A stretch of 64,000 bases of DNA from an uncultured Bacteroidaceae bacterium (GTDB lineage Bacteria; CAIWAD01), in the NCBI GenBank assembly GCA_964568855.1, contig CAZMSD010000003.1:25848-89847 (forward strand). Reading direction: 5' to 3'. A program made the translations under genes and the position numbers. This document shows, in pieces, positions 1 through 11,201 of the stretch. The notes below the pieces were generated by a model. It saw only the letters and a program-made list of their open reading frames with translations, ran no database searches and was not told the origin of the DNA. Position 1 is the first letter of the stretch; each line of letters begins with the position of its first letter.

Positions 1-195
1 CAAGCCCGGGAAGGATATCGCGCCGGTCGCCTGCCTTTCCTCGACCTCATCGACGCGCAACGAACCCACTCAACAGTCGAACAACGTGCGCTGACCCTGC
101 GCAGGGACCTCGTCCTTGCCTCGGCGGAGCTGATGAGCTTGGCCGGTGCGGGCGCCTATGCTGAGAACGAATCGAAAAACGGAGAAGAACAATGA
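1..195 (+). CDS. Partial CDS: C-terminal end of an outer-membrane efflux factor (CzcC/TolC family) from a heavy-metal RND system.
   Basis: Frame 1 translates as QAREGYRAGRLPFLDLIDAQRTHSTVEQRALTLRRDLVLASAELMSLAGAGAYAENESKNGEEQ*, a typical outer-membrane-factor C-terminal helix. The stop TGA (193-195) overlaps the ATG at 192 of the next gene (ATGA), which suggests operon coupling with the downstream fusion-protein and RND genes. Confidence 0.55.
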   Translation, partial: QAREGYRAGRLPFLDLIDAQRTHSTVEQRALTLRRDLVLASAELMSLAGAGAYAENESKNGEEQ

Positions 196-1742
196 TCCAA
201 TCCCACGCATTGAAGACGCTCCCGGTGCTGTTGATCGCCCTGGTCTGCGGTTGCGGTGGGAGCAGCACGGAAACCCGGGAGCCCGCCGGGGACGAAACGG
301 CCGCCTTCTGCTCCGAGCACCAGGTTGCCGAAGCCATTTGCGCCTGGTGCAATCCAGGGCTGATCGAGTCGCTGGGTTTCTGCCGCGGCCACGGAGTGCC
401 CGAGGCCTTCTGCTACCGGTGCAACCCGGCCTTGATTCCAGCCTTCAAAGCGGTCGGCGACTGGTGCGCCGGGCACGACCGGCCGGAATCCCAGTGCTAC
501 ATCTGCAATCCCGGACTCGACCCTGCGCTTGAGGAGAGCACGCAAGAAGGCGGCGGCGACCTGCGCTCGCTGAAGGAGGATCACACAGCGATCCTGGGGC
601 CGCAGGGAGACCGCCCCGCACGTGTGCAGCAGCCGCCTTCGATCTCGTGCTCGAAGCAGGACCTGGTTGTGCGCTTCGAGACCCCGGCCGTTGCCCGTGA
701 TACAGGCATCGAATTGGCCGTCGTCGAGACCAGGCCGATCACCGAGACCGTCGAATGCGGGGCCGTGATCGCCTACGACGGCAACCGTTTCGCGCATCTC
801 TCGTCCCTGGTGCCCGGTGTCGTCGAGGAAGTGCACAAGGACCTGGGAGAAGCGGTGGCGCCCGGTGAGGCCTTGGCCACGATAGCTTCGGCCCACCTGG
901 GCGCGGCCAAAGCGGTTCTGCTCCGGGCCCAGGCCGCGGTCGACCTGTGGGGGCGAAACCACGCCCGCGAGTCCGAACTGCTGGCCGGCGGGGTGTCCAC
1001 GGAAAGAGACCTGCTGGAGGCGCAGACCCGGCTCGAGGAAAGCCGGATCTCGCTCTCCGCGGCGGAGCACGCGCTGCTCGGTCTTGGTCTCAGCGAAAGC
1101 GGCATCGACGATGTCCTGTGCACAGGTGACACGAGCGCCCGGTACACCGTCAGGGCTTCCTTCCCCGCCGTCGTGGTCGAGCGACACGCGGTGATCGGCG
1201 AGCGGGCGGATCCCGCCGATCCACTCTTCGCCGTCGCCGACGTCTCGCGGATGTGGGCCATGCTCGATGTCTACGAGACGGACGCTCGCCACCTGCAACC
1301 CGGGCAGAATGCCGTGATCCACGTGGAAGGACTGCCCGGGGAGGCCTTCGGGGGCCGAATCGACTGGGTCGATCCGCGCGTCGATCCTCGAACACGCACC
1401 CTCCGCGCCAAGGTCGAACTGGACAACGCGAGCGGACTGCTGCGGGCCGACATGTTCGCCCGGGCCGAGGTGCTGCTCAGGGACAGTCACCCGGCGCTTG
1501 TCGTACCGGTCTCGGCCGTGCAGTGGGAGGGCTGCTGCAACGTGGTCTTCGTCAGGCGGTCCGAGACGGTCTACGAACCGCGCAAGGTCCGCCTGGGTCT
1601 GGCCACGGGGACGCTCTACGAAGTCCTCGGCGGTGTCGGCGCCGGCGAACAGGTCGTCACACAGGGAAGCTTCCTGCTGAAGACCGAGATCCTCAAGGGC
1701 AGCATCGGCGCCGGTTGCTGCGAGGTGGATCCCGGGGCTTGA
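192..1742 (+). CDS. Membrane fusion protein of a heavy-metal RND efflux system (CzcB/CusB, HlyD family), with an N-terminal Cys/His-rich metal-binding repeat region.
   Basis: 516-aa ORF. It has an N-terminal signal/TM segment, then three tandem repeats of the pattern C-x2-H...C-x2-C-N-P-x-L (CSEHQVAEAICAWCNPGL / CRGHGVPEAFCYRCNPAL / CAGHDRPESQCYICNPGL). The remainder is a typical membrane-fusion barrel-sandwich with coiled-coil and beta-barrel regions. It sits directly upstream of the CzcA-like pump. Confidence 0.85.
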   Translation: MIQSHALKTLPVLLIALVCGCGGSSTETREPAGDETAAFCSEHQVAEAICAWCNPGLIESLGFCRGHGVPEAFCYRCNPALIPAFKAVGDWCAGHDRPESQCYICNPGLDPALEESTQEGGGDLRSLKEDHTAILGPQGDRPARVQQPPSISCSKQDLVVRFETPAVARDTGIELAVVETRPITETVECGAVIAYDGNRFAHLSSLVPGVVEEVHKDLGEAVAPGEALATIASAHLGAAKAVLLRAQAAVDLWGRNHARESELLAGGVSTERDLLEAQTRLEESRISLSAAEHALLGLGLSESGIDDVLCTGDTSARYTVRASFPAVVVERHAVIGERADPADPLFAVADVSRMWAMLDVYETDARHLQPGQNAVIHVEGLPGEAFGGRIDWVDPRVDPRTRTLRAKVELDNASGLLRADMFARAEVLLRDSHPALVVPVSAVQWEGCCNVVFVRRSETVYEPRKVRLGLATGTLYEVLGGVGAGEQVVTQGSFLLKTEILKGSIGAGCCEVDPGA

Positions 1743-1790
1743 GGATCGTCCGGATCGAGCGCACCGAGGTCGTTTCACGGCCGCGCTTGA

Positions 1791-4700
1791 GTGCTGCAAG
1801 TTCGAATGAGGAATCGACTCGTGCTTAACGCTATCATCACCTGGTCCCTGGGCCACCGTTTCCTGGTCATCGCCTTGACTCTCGCGCTGCTGGCGACGGG
1901 TGTGCTGACACTGATGCGCCTGCCCGTGGACGCCTTTCCCGACACGACGCCGGTGCAGGTGCAGATCAACACGGTGGCGCCGTCGCTGGCTCCGCTGGAA
2001 ATCGAGCAGCAGATCACGTTTCCGGTTGAGCAGGCCATCGCGGGGCTGCCGGGACTGGAGGAGGTCCGCTCGATCTCCAAGTTCGGCCTGTCCCAGGTCA
2101 CGACCACCTTCGACGATCGCACGGAGATCTACTTCGCCCGCCAGTTGATCATGGAACGTCTGCAGGCCGTCGAACTGCCGGAGGGCGTTCCACGCCCGGA
2201 AATGGGTCCCGTGGCCACCGGGCTGGGCGAGATCTTCCACTACGTGCTGACCAGTTCCAGGCACAGCCTGATGGAGCTTACAACGCTTCACGACTGGGTC
2301 ATCAAGCCGCGATTGCGCTCCGTGGCCGGCGTCGCCGAGGTGAACACCTGGGGCGGCGAGCGCAAGCAGTATCACGTGCTGGTCGATCCCCTGCGGCTGG
2401 TGAAGCACGATTTCACCCTGGACGACGTGCTGCGGGCTCTCGCGGCGAACAACCTGAACGTGGGCGGGGGCTACATCGTCCAGGCCGGCGAGCTGCACCT
2501 GGTGCAGGGGATCAGTCTCACAACAAACCTCGAGCAGATCGGCAACATCGTCATCGCGGCGCAGAATGGAATCCCCATCCGCATCCGGGACGTGGGCGAG
2601 GTGAAGGAGGGACACGAGATCCGCCGGGGCGCCGTGACGGCCAACGGGGAAGGCGAGGTCGTACTCGGTCTCGGCTTCATGCTGATGGGCGAGAACAGCC
2701 GGGATGTGAGCTCGCGCCTGCGCCTGCGCATGGAGGAGATTCGTGATACGCTGCCGGAGGGCGTCGACGTGGCGATCGTGTACGAGCGGACCGAACTCGT
2801 CGACAAGGTGCTGCACACGGTCCGGGAGAACCTGCTGCTGGGAGCGCTGCTGGTGATCGCCGTGCTCTTCGCCTTCCTGGGACACCTGCGCGCCGGACTG
2901 ATCGTCGCCGCGGCGATTCCACTGTCGATGCTCTTCGCCGCCCAGGGAATGCTCTACCTGGGCATCGCCGGCAGCCTGATGAGCCTGGGAGCGATCGATT
3001 TCGGGCTGATCGTGGACAGCTCGGTGATCATGATCGAGAACAGCGTGCGACGGCTGGCCTCTTCCGCGCGGCGCTCCTCCGTCCTGGAAACGGTCCGCGA
3101 GGCGGCGCTCGAAGTGCGCAAGCCGACCATGTACGGCGAGTTGATCATCGCGGTCGTGTTTCTGCCGGTGCTCACCCTCGAGGGCCTGGAGGGGCGGCTC
3201 TTCCGTCCGATGGCCTTGACGCTGCTCTTCGCCCTCGCCGGTTCCCTGGTACTTTCGCTGACCCTGATGCCCGTGCTGGCCAGCCTGGTGCTCAAGGGCG
3301 GGATCCGCGAGCGGGAGAACTGGTTCGTGCGCGGGGCGAAGCGCATCTACGAGCCCGTAGTCGCCTTCGCGATTCGCCGCCGGCGGGTCGTGCTCGCCGC
3401 GACTCTGGCCCTGCTGGCCGGGGGCGGAGTTCTCGCCACACGCATTGGCTCGGAGTTCATCCCGCGCCTGTCGGAAGGCGGGATCGTGATCAACACCGTG
3501 CGCCTGTCGGGGGTTTCCCTGGAGGAATCCGTGCGCTACGGCACACAGCTCGAAAAAGTGATCATCGAGAAATTCCCCGATGAAGTGCGCGACGTATGGG
3601 TCCGCACTGGTACGGCGGAGGTGGCCACGGACCCCATGGGGATCGAGCTCTCAGATGCCTTTGTGACCCTGCACCCCAGGAACCGGTGGACGCGCGCCCG
3701 GACCCAGGACGAACTGGTGGCGCAGATGAGCGAGGAACTCTCCGGGCTCCCGGGGATGCGGCTGATTTTCACCCAACCCATCGAAATGCGGGTGAACGAG
3801 ATGATCGCCGGCATTCGCACGGACGTGGGGATCAAGATCTTCGGCGACGACCTGGAGCGACTGCGGGACCTGGCGACGCGGGTGGGCGACATGGTGGGCG
3901 ACATCGACGGCGCCGCCGACCTCTACGTGGAACAGATCACGGGGCAGCCCCTGCTCCAGGTGCGCGTGGACCAGGATGCGGCGGCGCGTCACGGGGTGGC
4001 GGCCAGGCAGGTGATGCAGATCGTCGAGGCCATCGGAGGTGTTACGGCAGGGGAAATCCGCGAGGATCAGCGGCGATTCGATCTTGTCGTACGCCTGCCC
4101 GAGCGCCACCGGGACGACCCCGGGATGGTGGGCAGGATCCTTGTGCCGACTGCGGAGGGCGGCCGCATTCCACTGGAGCGTCTTGCCGAGATTCGGCAGA
4201 TCGAGGGCCCGTCGACGATCACGCGGGAGTGGCAGCGCCGCCGGATCGTGGTGCAGTGCAACGTGCGCGGTCGCGACGTGGGAGGTTTCGTGGATGATGT
4301 CCGGGAGCGCATCGCCGCCGAGATCACGCTCCCCGACGGATACTACCTGAGCTTCTCCGGGCAGTTCGAGCACATGGAGCGGGCCCGGCAACGGCTGATG
4401 ATCGTCGTGCCGCTGGCGCTGCTGCTGGTCTTCTTCCTGCTTCACGCGAGCATGAACTCGGTCCGCGATGCACTGATCATTTTCACCGGAGCGCCCTTCG
4501 CCGCCATTGGCGGCCTGGCGGCGCTGTTGATCCGCGGCATGCCCTTTACCGTCTCCGCCGGAGTGGGTTTCGTCGCTGTCTCGGGAGTGGCGATGCTCGC
4601 GGGCCTGGTCCTGGTTTCCACCATGCAGCGGTTCCTGAAGAACGGGGCGCCTCTTGAGGAGGCCATCACGCAGAGCTCCCTGACCCGGCTCAGGCCCGTG

Positions 4701-4886
4701 TTGATGACGACCCTTGTGGCGGCGCTTGGTTTTGTGCCCATGGCCTTGAACACCGGGGTCGGCGCCGAGGTCCAGCGCCCGCTGGCCACGGTGGTGATCG
4801 GCGGCGTGCTGTCGGCGAACCTGCTGACCCTGGTGGTGCTGCCGGCGCTTTACCGGGTGTTCGGACGACCGGGACCGGGCACCTGA
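1791..4886 (+). CDS. Heavy-metal efflux RND transporter, CzcA/CusA family.
   Basis: 1031-aa ORF with the expected 12-TM architecture and two large periplasmic loops. Conserved motifs include GLAALLIRGMPFTVSAGVGFVAV. An alternative start is MRNRL at 1806. It is co-linear with the outer-membrane-factor and membrane-fusion genes. Confidence 0.9.
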   Translation: MLQVRMRNRLVLNAIITWSLGHRFLVIALTLALLATGVLTLMRLPVDAFPDTTPVQVQINTVAPSLAPLEIEQQITFPVEQAIAGLPGLEEVRSISKFGLSQVTTTFDDRTEIYFARQLIMERLQAVELPEGVPRPEMGPVATGLGEIFHYVLTSSRHSLMELTTLHDWVIKPRLRSVAGVAEVNTWGGERKQYHVLVDPLRLVKHDFTLDDVLRALAANNLNVGGGYIVQAGELHLVQGISLTTNLEQIGNIVIAAQNGIPIRIRDVGEVKEGHEIRRGAVTANGEGEVVLGLGFMLMGENSRDVSSRLRLRMEEIRDTLPEGVDVAIVYERTELVDKVLHTVRENLLLGALLVIAVLFAFLGHLRAGLIVAAAIPLSMLFAAQGMLYLGIAGSLMSLGAIDFGLIVDSSVIMIENSVRRLASSARRSSVLETVREAALEVRKPTMYGELIIAVVFLPVLTLEGLEGRLFRPMALTLLFALAGSLVLSLTLMPVLASLVLKGGIRERENWFVRGAKRIYEPVVAFAIRRRRVVLAATLALLAGGGVLATRIGSEFIPRLSEGGIVINTVRLSGVSLEESVRYGTQLEKVIIEKFPDEVRDVWVRTGTAEVATDPMGIELSDAFVTLHPRNRWTRARTQDELVAQMSEELSGLPGMRLIFTQPIEMRVNEMIAGIRTDVGIKIFGDDLERLRDLATRVGDMVGDIDGAADLYVEQITGQPLLQVRVDQDAAARHGVAARQVMQIVEAIGGVTAGEIREDQRRFDLVVRLPERHRDDPGMVGRILVPTAEGGRIPLERLAEIRQIEGPSTITREWQRRRIVVQCNVRGRDVGGFVDDVRERIAAEITLPDGYYLSFSGQFEHMERARQRLMIVVPLALLLVFFLLHASMNSVRDALIIFTGAPFAAIGGLAALLIRGMPFTVSAGVGFVAVSGVAMLAGLVLVSTMQRFLKNGAPLEEAITQSSLTRLRPVLMTTLVAALGFVPMALNTGVGAEVQRPLATVVIGGVLSANLLTLVVLPALYRVFGRPGPGT

Positions 4887-5098
4887 ACCATTTTCCGCTT
4901 TGCGCGGAGCCCCGCATTCATTATCCTTGGATGAGGGTGAGCTCCCCTGAATAGTATCCATTGTTAAATGGAGGAGGGCGCTATATGGACGAGGTTTACG
5001 AGGAAACTCGCAAGTAACGCACGGGAGCCGGTCATGGAGACCGGAACCCGCGAATGGGCGTGAGCCTATTCCGGCAGCCAAGGCTGCCAGAAATCATA

Positions 5099-5126
5099 GC
5101 CCCCGGCCTTGCGCCGGGGGTTTTTT
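5099..5126 (+). terminator. Rho-independent terminator after the czcCBA-like operon.
   Basis: GC stem GCCCCCGGCC-ttgcg-CCGGGGG followed by TTTTTT (5121-5126). It is preceded by a second hairpin, GGCAGCCaaGGCTGCC (~5066-5083). It sits in an unusually AT-rich 240-nt spacer between czcA and mutM. Confidence 0.5.
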
Positions 5127-5141
5127 CCAGCAGGTGGAGAC

Positions 5142-5972
5142 ATGCCTGAACTTCCAGAGGTGGAAACGGTGGTCCGGCAGTTGCGGCCGGCCCTCAAGGG
5201 CCGCGTGATCCACGGAGCGCGGATCGTCGATCCCAAGCTCCGGCCGCTTGTCGAAGGGCGTCGCCGGGGGGAGACCATGCTGCGCGGCGCGGCGATCGAA
5301 GAGGTCTTCCGGGCGGGCAAGCATATCGTGATACATACCGAGTTGAGGACCGGGAAAGCCGCCTGGCTGGCGATCCACCTGCGGATGACCGGCCGTCTGT
5401 ATCACAAATCGCGGGCCGACCTGTCCGAGGAGCAGCGGCGCCACCTGCGGATGGAGATCGAACTGGACCGCGGACGGCTCTATTTCGTCGACACCCGGCG
5501 CTTCGGCACGGCGCGACTGCTCTTCGCGCCCGAGGCGTTCAGGCCCGCCGGGACGGATCCGCTGTCGGCGGAACTCGGCGCCCGGGAACTGAAGCGGCTG
5601 ATAGCGGGAAGCCGGCAGCAGATCAAGTCCTGGCTGCTGCGCCAGGACCGCCTGGTGGGTCTGGGAAATATCTACGCGGCCGAAGCTCTGTACGCGGCGG
5701 GCATCGATCCCGCGCGGCAGGCCGGTTCCATGTCGAACGACGAAGTCAGGCGGCTGCACCGGCAACTGCGGCGAATCCTGCGTGCGGCGATCAGGATGTG
5801 CGGCACCACCTTCTCCGACTTCCAGGACACCCGAGGCCTCGAGGGCGGATTCCAGGCCGCGCTCAAGGTCTACGGCAGGGAAGGCGAGCGCTGCCCGCGC
5901 TGCGGGGAGACCGTAAAACGCTACAGCCAGCAGCAGCGCAGCACCTTCTGGTGCCCGGGCTGCCAGGCGTGA
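5142..5972 (+). CDS. mutM: Formamidopyrimidine-DNA glycosylase (Fpg/MutM).
   Basis: The N-terminus MPELPEVETV carries the catalytic Pro2/Glu3 signature. The C-terminus has the zinc finger CPRCGETVKRYSQQQRSTFWCPGCQ. An RBS GGTGGAGA lies upstream of the ATG at 5142. The 5109 start in the ORF track is probably too far upstream. Confidence 0.85.
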   Translation: MPELPEVETVVRQLRPALKGRVIHGARIVDPKLRPLVEGRRRGETMLRGAAIEEVFRAGKHIVIHTELRTGKAAWLAIHLRMTGRLYHKSRADLSEEQRRHLRMEIELDRGRLYFVDTRRFGTARLLFAPEAFRPAGTDPLSAELGARELKRLIAGSRQQIKSWLLRQDRLVGLGNIYAAEALYAAGIDPARQAGSMSNDEVRRLHRQLRRILRAAIRMCGTTFSDFQDTRGLEGGFQAALKVYGREGERCPRCGETVKRYSQQQRSTFWCPGCQA

Positions 5973-5997
5973 CACAACCCGAGGAGCGCATGCACCC

Positions 5998-7059
5998 GTG
6001 ACACAAGACCACGACACGATCCTGGATTTCCGCTCCGACACGGTGACGCAGCCCTGCCCGGCGATGCGCCGGGCGATGGCCGAAGCGGAGGTGGGCGACG
6101 ACGTCCTGATGGACGATCCCACGGTCCGGCGGCTGGAAGCGATCTGCGCCGAGCGCTTCGGTCGCGAGGCGGCGCTGTTCGTGCCCTCCGGGACCATGGC
6201 CAACCTGATCGGCGTGGCCCTGCACTGCGAGCGGGGCGACGAGCTGATCCTCGAGCGGCGCACCCACTCCTTCGCCTTCGAGGTGGGCGGTCCCGCGGCG
6301 CTGCTGGGAGTGCTGGTCAACCCGGTGGACTGCGATTCGGGTTTCCTGGAGGCGGCAGCCCTGGATGCGACCATCCGCCCGCGCAACGTGCACATGCCCG
6401 TCAGCAGGCTGGCCATAATCGAGAACACTTCCAACATCGCCGGCGGGCTGGTGGTTCCGCTGGAGCGCATCCGCGAGTTGCGGAGCGTCTGCAGCGAACG
6501 CGGCCTGGCCCTGCACATGGACGGCGCCCGGATCTGGAACGCCGCCGCGGCATCGAGAACCGGCCTTAAGGAATACGCCGCGGAGGTGGACAGTCTCTCC
6601 TGCTGCCTCTCCAAGGGCCTGGGCTGTCCCGTGGGTTCGCTGGTGGTGGGCGACGCGGAGCAGATCCACAGGGCGCGCCGGTTGCGCAAGATGATGGGCG
6701 GCGCCATGCGCCAGGTGGGCATCCTGGCCGCTGCCGGAATCTACGCCCTCGAGCACAACGTCGATAGGCTGGCCGAGGATCACGCCCTGGCGCGCGAACT
6801 GGCGGCGGTCCTGGGATCGCTGCTGGGAGACGCGGTCTCGATCTCCGAACCGGAGAGCAACATGGTCCTGGTCCGCATGAAACATGCGGACCAGGCGCAG
6901 ATCTTGTTGAAGACCTGGAACGATCACGGCATCCGGGCCCTGACGGTCGATCCGGTGACCATTCGCCTGGTGACGCATCTCGATCTGTCCCGCGATGCCG
7001 CGAAGCTGCTCAAAGAGCGGACGCCGCCGCTCCATAGCGTGCCGGCGGGTGAGTCCTGA
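5998..7059 (+). CDS. ltaE: Low-specificity L-threonine aldolase (PLP-dependent).
   Basis: 353 aa with a GTG start. It carries the threonine-aldolase signature DFRSDTVTQP and the fold-type I PLP motif SGTMANL. Confidence 0.8.
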   Translation: MTQDHDTILDFRSDTVTQPCPAMRRAMAEAEVGDDVLMDDPTVRRLEAICAERFGREAALFVPSGTMANLIGVALHCERGDELILERRTHSFAFEVGGPAALLGVLVNPVDCDSGFLEAAALDATIRPRNVHMPVSRLAIIENTSNIAGGLVVPLERIRELRSVCSERGLALHMDGARIWNAAAASRTGLKEYAAEVDSLSCCLSKGLGCPVGSLVVGDAEQIHRARRLRKMMGGAMRQVGILAAAGIYALEHNVDRLAEDHALARELAAVLGSLLGDAVSISEPESNMVLVRMKHADQAQILLKTWNDHGIRALTVDPVTIRLVTHLDLSRDAAKLLKERTPPLHSVPAGES

Positions 7060-7073
7060 AGCGCGAGGAATGC

Positions 7074-7700
7074 TTAACAGCGAACTGAGATGTCCTCGCT
7101 TCCGAAGCGCCGGGATGCTTCCTCCCAGTTCACCACTTCCCACCAGTTGCGGATGAAGTCCGGGCGCCGGTTCTGGTACTCCAGGTAGTAGGCGTGCTCC
7201 CAGAGGTCGATAACCAGCAGCGGGCGACCCTGTCCGGTCATCAGCGGATTGTCGTGGCCGGGCATGCTGATGACCTCCAGGCGATCCCCCCGGGCCGCCA
7301 GCCAGGCCCAGCCCGAGGCGAAGTGCCCGGCGGCCAGGGCGTTGAACTTCTCCTTCAGCCCGGTCAGTGAACCGAAATCCCGCTCGATGGCCCGGTCCAG
7401 CTCGGCGCTGCGCACGGATTTTCCGCCTGGACACAGAATCTGCCAGTAGAGACAGTGGTTGTAGTGACCGCCGCCGTTGTTGCGCACGGCGCTGCGCAGG
7501 TTCTCCGGCACCTGCTCCAGTCGCTGCATCAGTTCGTGCAGGCCGAGTTCGGCCAGCCCGCCGCCGGCCTGCTCGAGGGCGGCGTTGAGCTTGTCCACGT
7601 ATGTCTGGTGATGCTTGTCGTGGTGGATCTGCATGGTGCGCCCGTCCAGGTGAGGTTCCAGAGCGCCGAAGTCGAATGACAGGTCAGGAAGCTTGTGCAT
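7074..7700 (-). CDS. Fe/Mn-family superoxide dismutase.
   Basis: The product begins MHKLPDLSFDFGALEPHLDGRTMQIHHDKHHQTYV and contains DLWEHAYYL, both canonical Fe/Mn SOD motifs. An SD AAGGA lies 8 nt upstream of the chosen ATG. The longer 7817 start in the ORF track adds an implausible 39-aa leader. Confidence 0.85.
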   Translation of the reverse strand: MHKLPDLSFDFGALEPHLDGRTMQIHHDKHHQTYVDKLNAALEQAGGGLAELGLHELMQRLEQVPENLRSAVRNNGGGHYNHCLYWQILCPGGKSVRSAELDRAIERDFGSLTGLKEKFNALAAGHFASGWAWLAARGDRLEVISMPGHDNPLMTGQGRPLLVIDLWEHAYYLEYQNRRPDFIRNWWEVVNWEEASRRFGSEDISVRC

Positions 7701-7894
7701 GGAGGGTTCCTTTCTGGTTATCCAACGAATGATCTGCTGTTCGTTTTCTCGATCCAGGCCCGGCGCGGCCGGCGGCGGTGCCGCCTTTAGCGACATCGCG
7801 GCCTTGGTGAGGATCAAGGGGAAGAGTCAGCCGCAGGCTCTGCTCAAGGCAATAAATAGCATGGTATCTTAACACACTTAGGATTGCCTTGCAA

Positions 7895-7908
7895 TATTCT
7901 ACAGAATA
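7895..7908. promoter_or_regulatory. Inverted repeat TATTCT-ac-AGAATA in the AT-rich SOD upstream region; candidate operator.
   Basis: Read directly from the sequence. It lies in a locally AT-rich stretch between the copZ-like gene and the SOD start. No consensus could be assigned. Confidence 0.25.
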
Positions 7909-7966
7909 AACACTCAACTGGTTCCAGGATATTCCTAAGCGCGATGCCTGCCTGCACGGGCAGGGC

Positions 7967-8185
7967 TCATTCCGCCTCTCCGCGGTACTTGAAGCCGGCC
8001 TCCTCCACCGCCGCGCGTACCCGCTGCTCCTCGGGCAGATTTCCGGATGATCGCAGACGGACCTTCCCGCCTTCCAGGTCGACGCTGACCTCGAGTCCGA
8101 CTACCAGGTTCCGCAAGAAATGGGAAACCGTGGAAGAACAGCCTTCGCAGTGCATGCCTTCCACCCGGATGATCGTTTCCTTCAT
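7967..8185 (-). CDS. Heavy-metal-associated (HMA) domain protein, CopZ-like metallochaperone.
   Basis: MKETIIRVEGMHCEGCSSTV carries the GMxCxxC metal-binding motif. The product is ~72 aa. A strong SD GGAGGAGG precedes the start. Confidence 0.65.
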   Translation of the reverse strand: MKETIIRVEGMHCEGCSSTVSHFLRNLVVGLEVSVDLEGGKVRLRSSGNLPEEQRVRAAVEEAGFKYRGEAE

Positions 8186-8512
8186 GCTTCCTCCTCCAGG
8201 ATATTCAATAAAAACCATAAGCTAGCAGTCCTCATGGTTCCGGGATAATCGAGACGATTGCTTCATCTTCCAGGCATCCTGTCGAAGCTCCGGAGAAATC
8301 CGCGGCGGAGGTCTTTCCCAAGGTACCACCCACTTACTCGCCCACGGGGCATTAATTCCAGTTTTGAACAAGTCTCCGTAACTTGCATTCAGCGCTTGTT
8401 AAGGAAATGGCAACCGGAAGCCCGGAAATCCGGGTTATGAGAGCTAAGCGCTTTGTTTTCCTGATATTACGACAAGCGGTTCCCCAATCGAATCCTGGAG
8501 GCCACACTTTTC

Positions 8513-9187
8513 ATGAGCTGGCTGAAAACCTTCGCGGGATCGTCCATCGGCAAGAAGCTGATGATGGCCGGCAGCGGCATCCTGCTGCTGCTTTTTCTTC
8601 TAGTCCACCTGCTGGGAAATCTGCAGATCTTCATCGGGGCCGATGCGCTCAACGCCTATGCCCATTTCCTGCATTCCAAGCCGGCCGTGGTCTGGATCTT
8701 CAGGCTGATCGTGGCGGCGCTGTTCGTCGTGCACATCGTCACTTCCATCGTGCTGTGGCTGGAAAACAAGGCCGCCCGTCCTGTCGCTTACCACAAGAAA
8801 GATACCCTCGAAGCCACCTTGGCCTCCAGGACCATGATCTACAGCGGCATCGTGATGGTGCTGTTCCTGGTCTACCACCTGCTGCACCTGACCGCCCACT
8901 CGGTGGGACCGGAACTGCACCAGGTTCACGGCGGACCCGACGTCTTCCGTGCCGTGGTGGACGGATTCAGCGCTGAGGTCTGGTGGATCCCGCTGATCTA
9001 CATCGTGGCCCAGGTTTTTCTTTTTCTACACCTGACCCACGCTTTCCAGAGCGCTTTCCAGACGCTCGGTCTGAATCACGCGAGATACACGCCGCTGATC
9101 CTGGCGGTGGGATGGATCTACGCGGCCGTGATCGCGCTGGGCAACATCCTGATTCCGGTGGCGGTTCTGGCCGGTTGGGTCTGCTGA
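8513..9187 (+). CDS. sdhC: Succinate dehydrogenase cytochrome b558 subunit (single large membrane anchor, type B SDH).
   Basis: 224 aa with 5 predicted TM helices and heme-ligand His residues in TM helices (HLLGNL, HIVTS, HLLHLT). It is followed by sdhA and sdhB. Confidence 0.8.
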   Translation: MSWLKTFAGSSIGKKLMMAGSGILLLLFLLVHLLGNLQIFIGADALNAYAHFLHSKPAVVWIFRLIVAALFVVHIVTSIVLWLENKAARPVAYHKKDTLEATLASRTMIYSGIVMVLFLVYHLLHLTAHSVGPELHQVHGGPDVFRAVVDGFSAEVWWIPLIYIVAQVFLFLHLTHAFQSAFQTLGLNHARYTPLILAVGWIYAAVIALGNILIPVAVLAGWVC

Positions 9188-9284
9188 CCAGGGAAGCGCC
9201 CGGGAGGGGAACGGATACGCGACCGGCGGTGTGCGACTATCCTAGCGCTGCATCCGCCGCAAGAACACAAGGAAGGGATGCTCG

Positions 9285-11197
<1,913 letters not shown>

Positions 11198-11201
<4 letters not shown>

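Noticed and set aside
156-2885. 909-aa ORF on the minus strand.
   Set aside because: It runs antisense across czcB and czcA and is Arg/Gly/Pro-rich with no domain signatures. It is a typical high-GC shadow frame.
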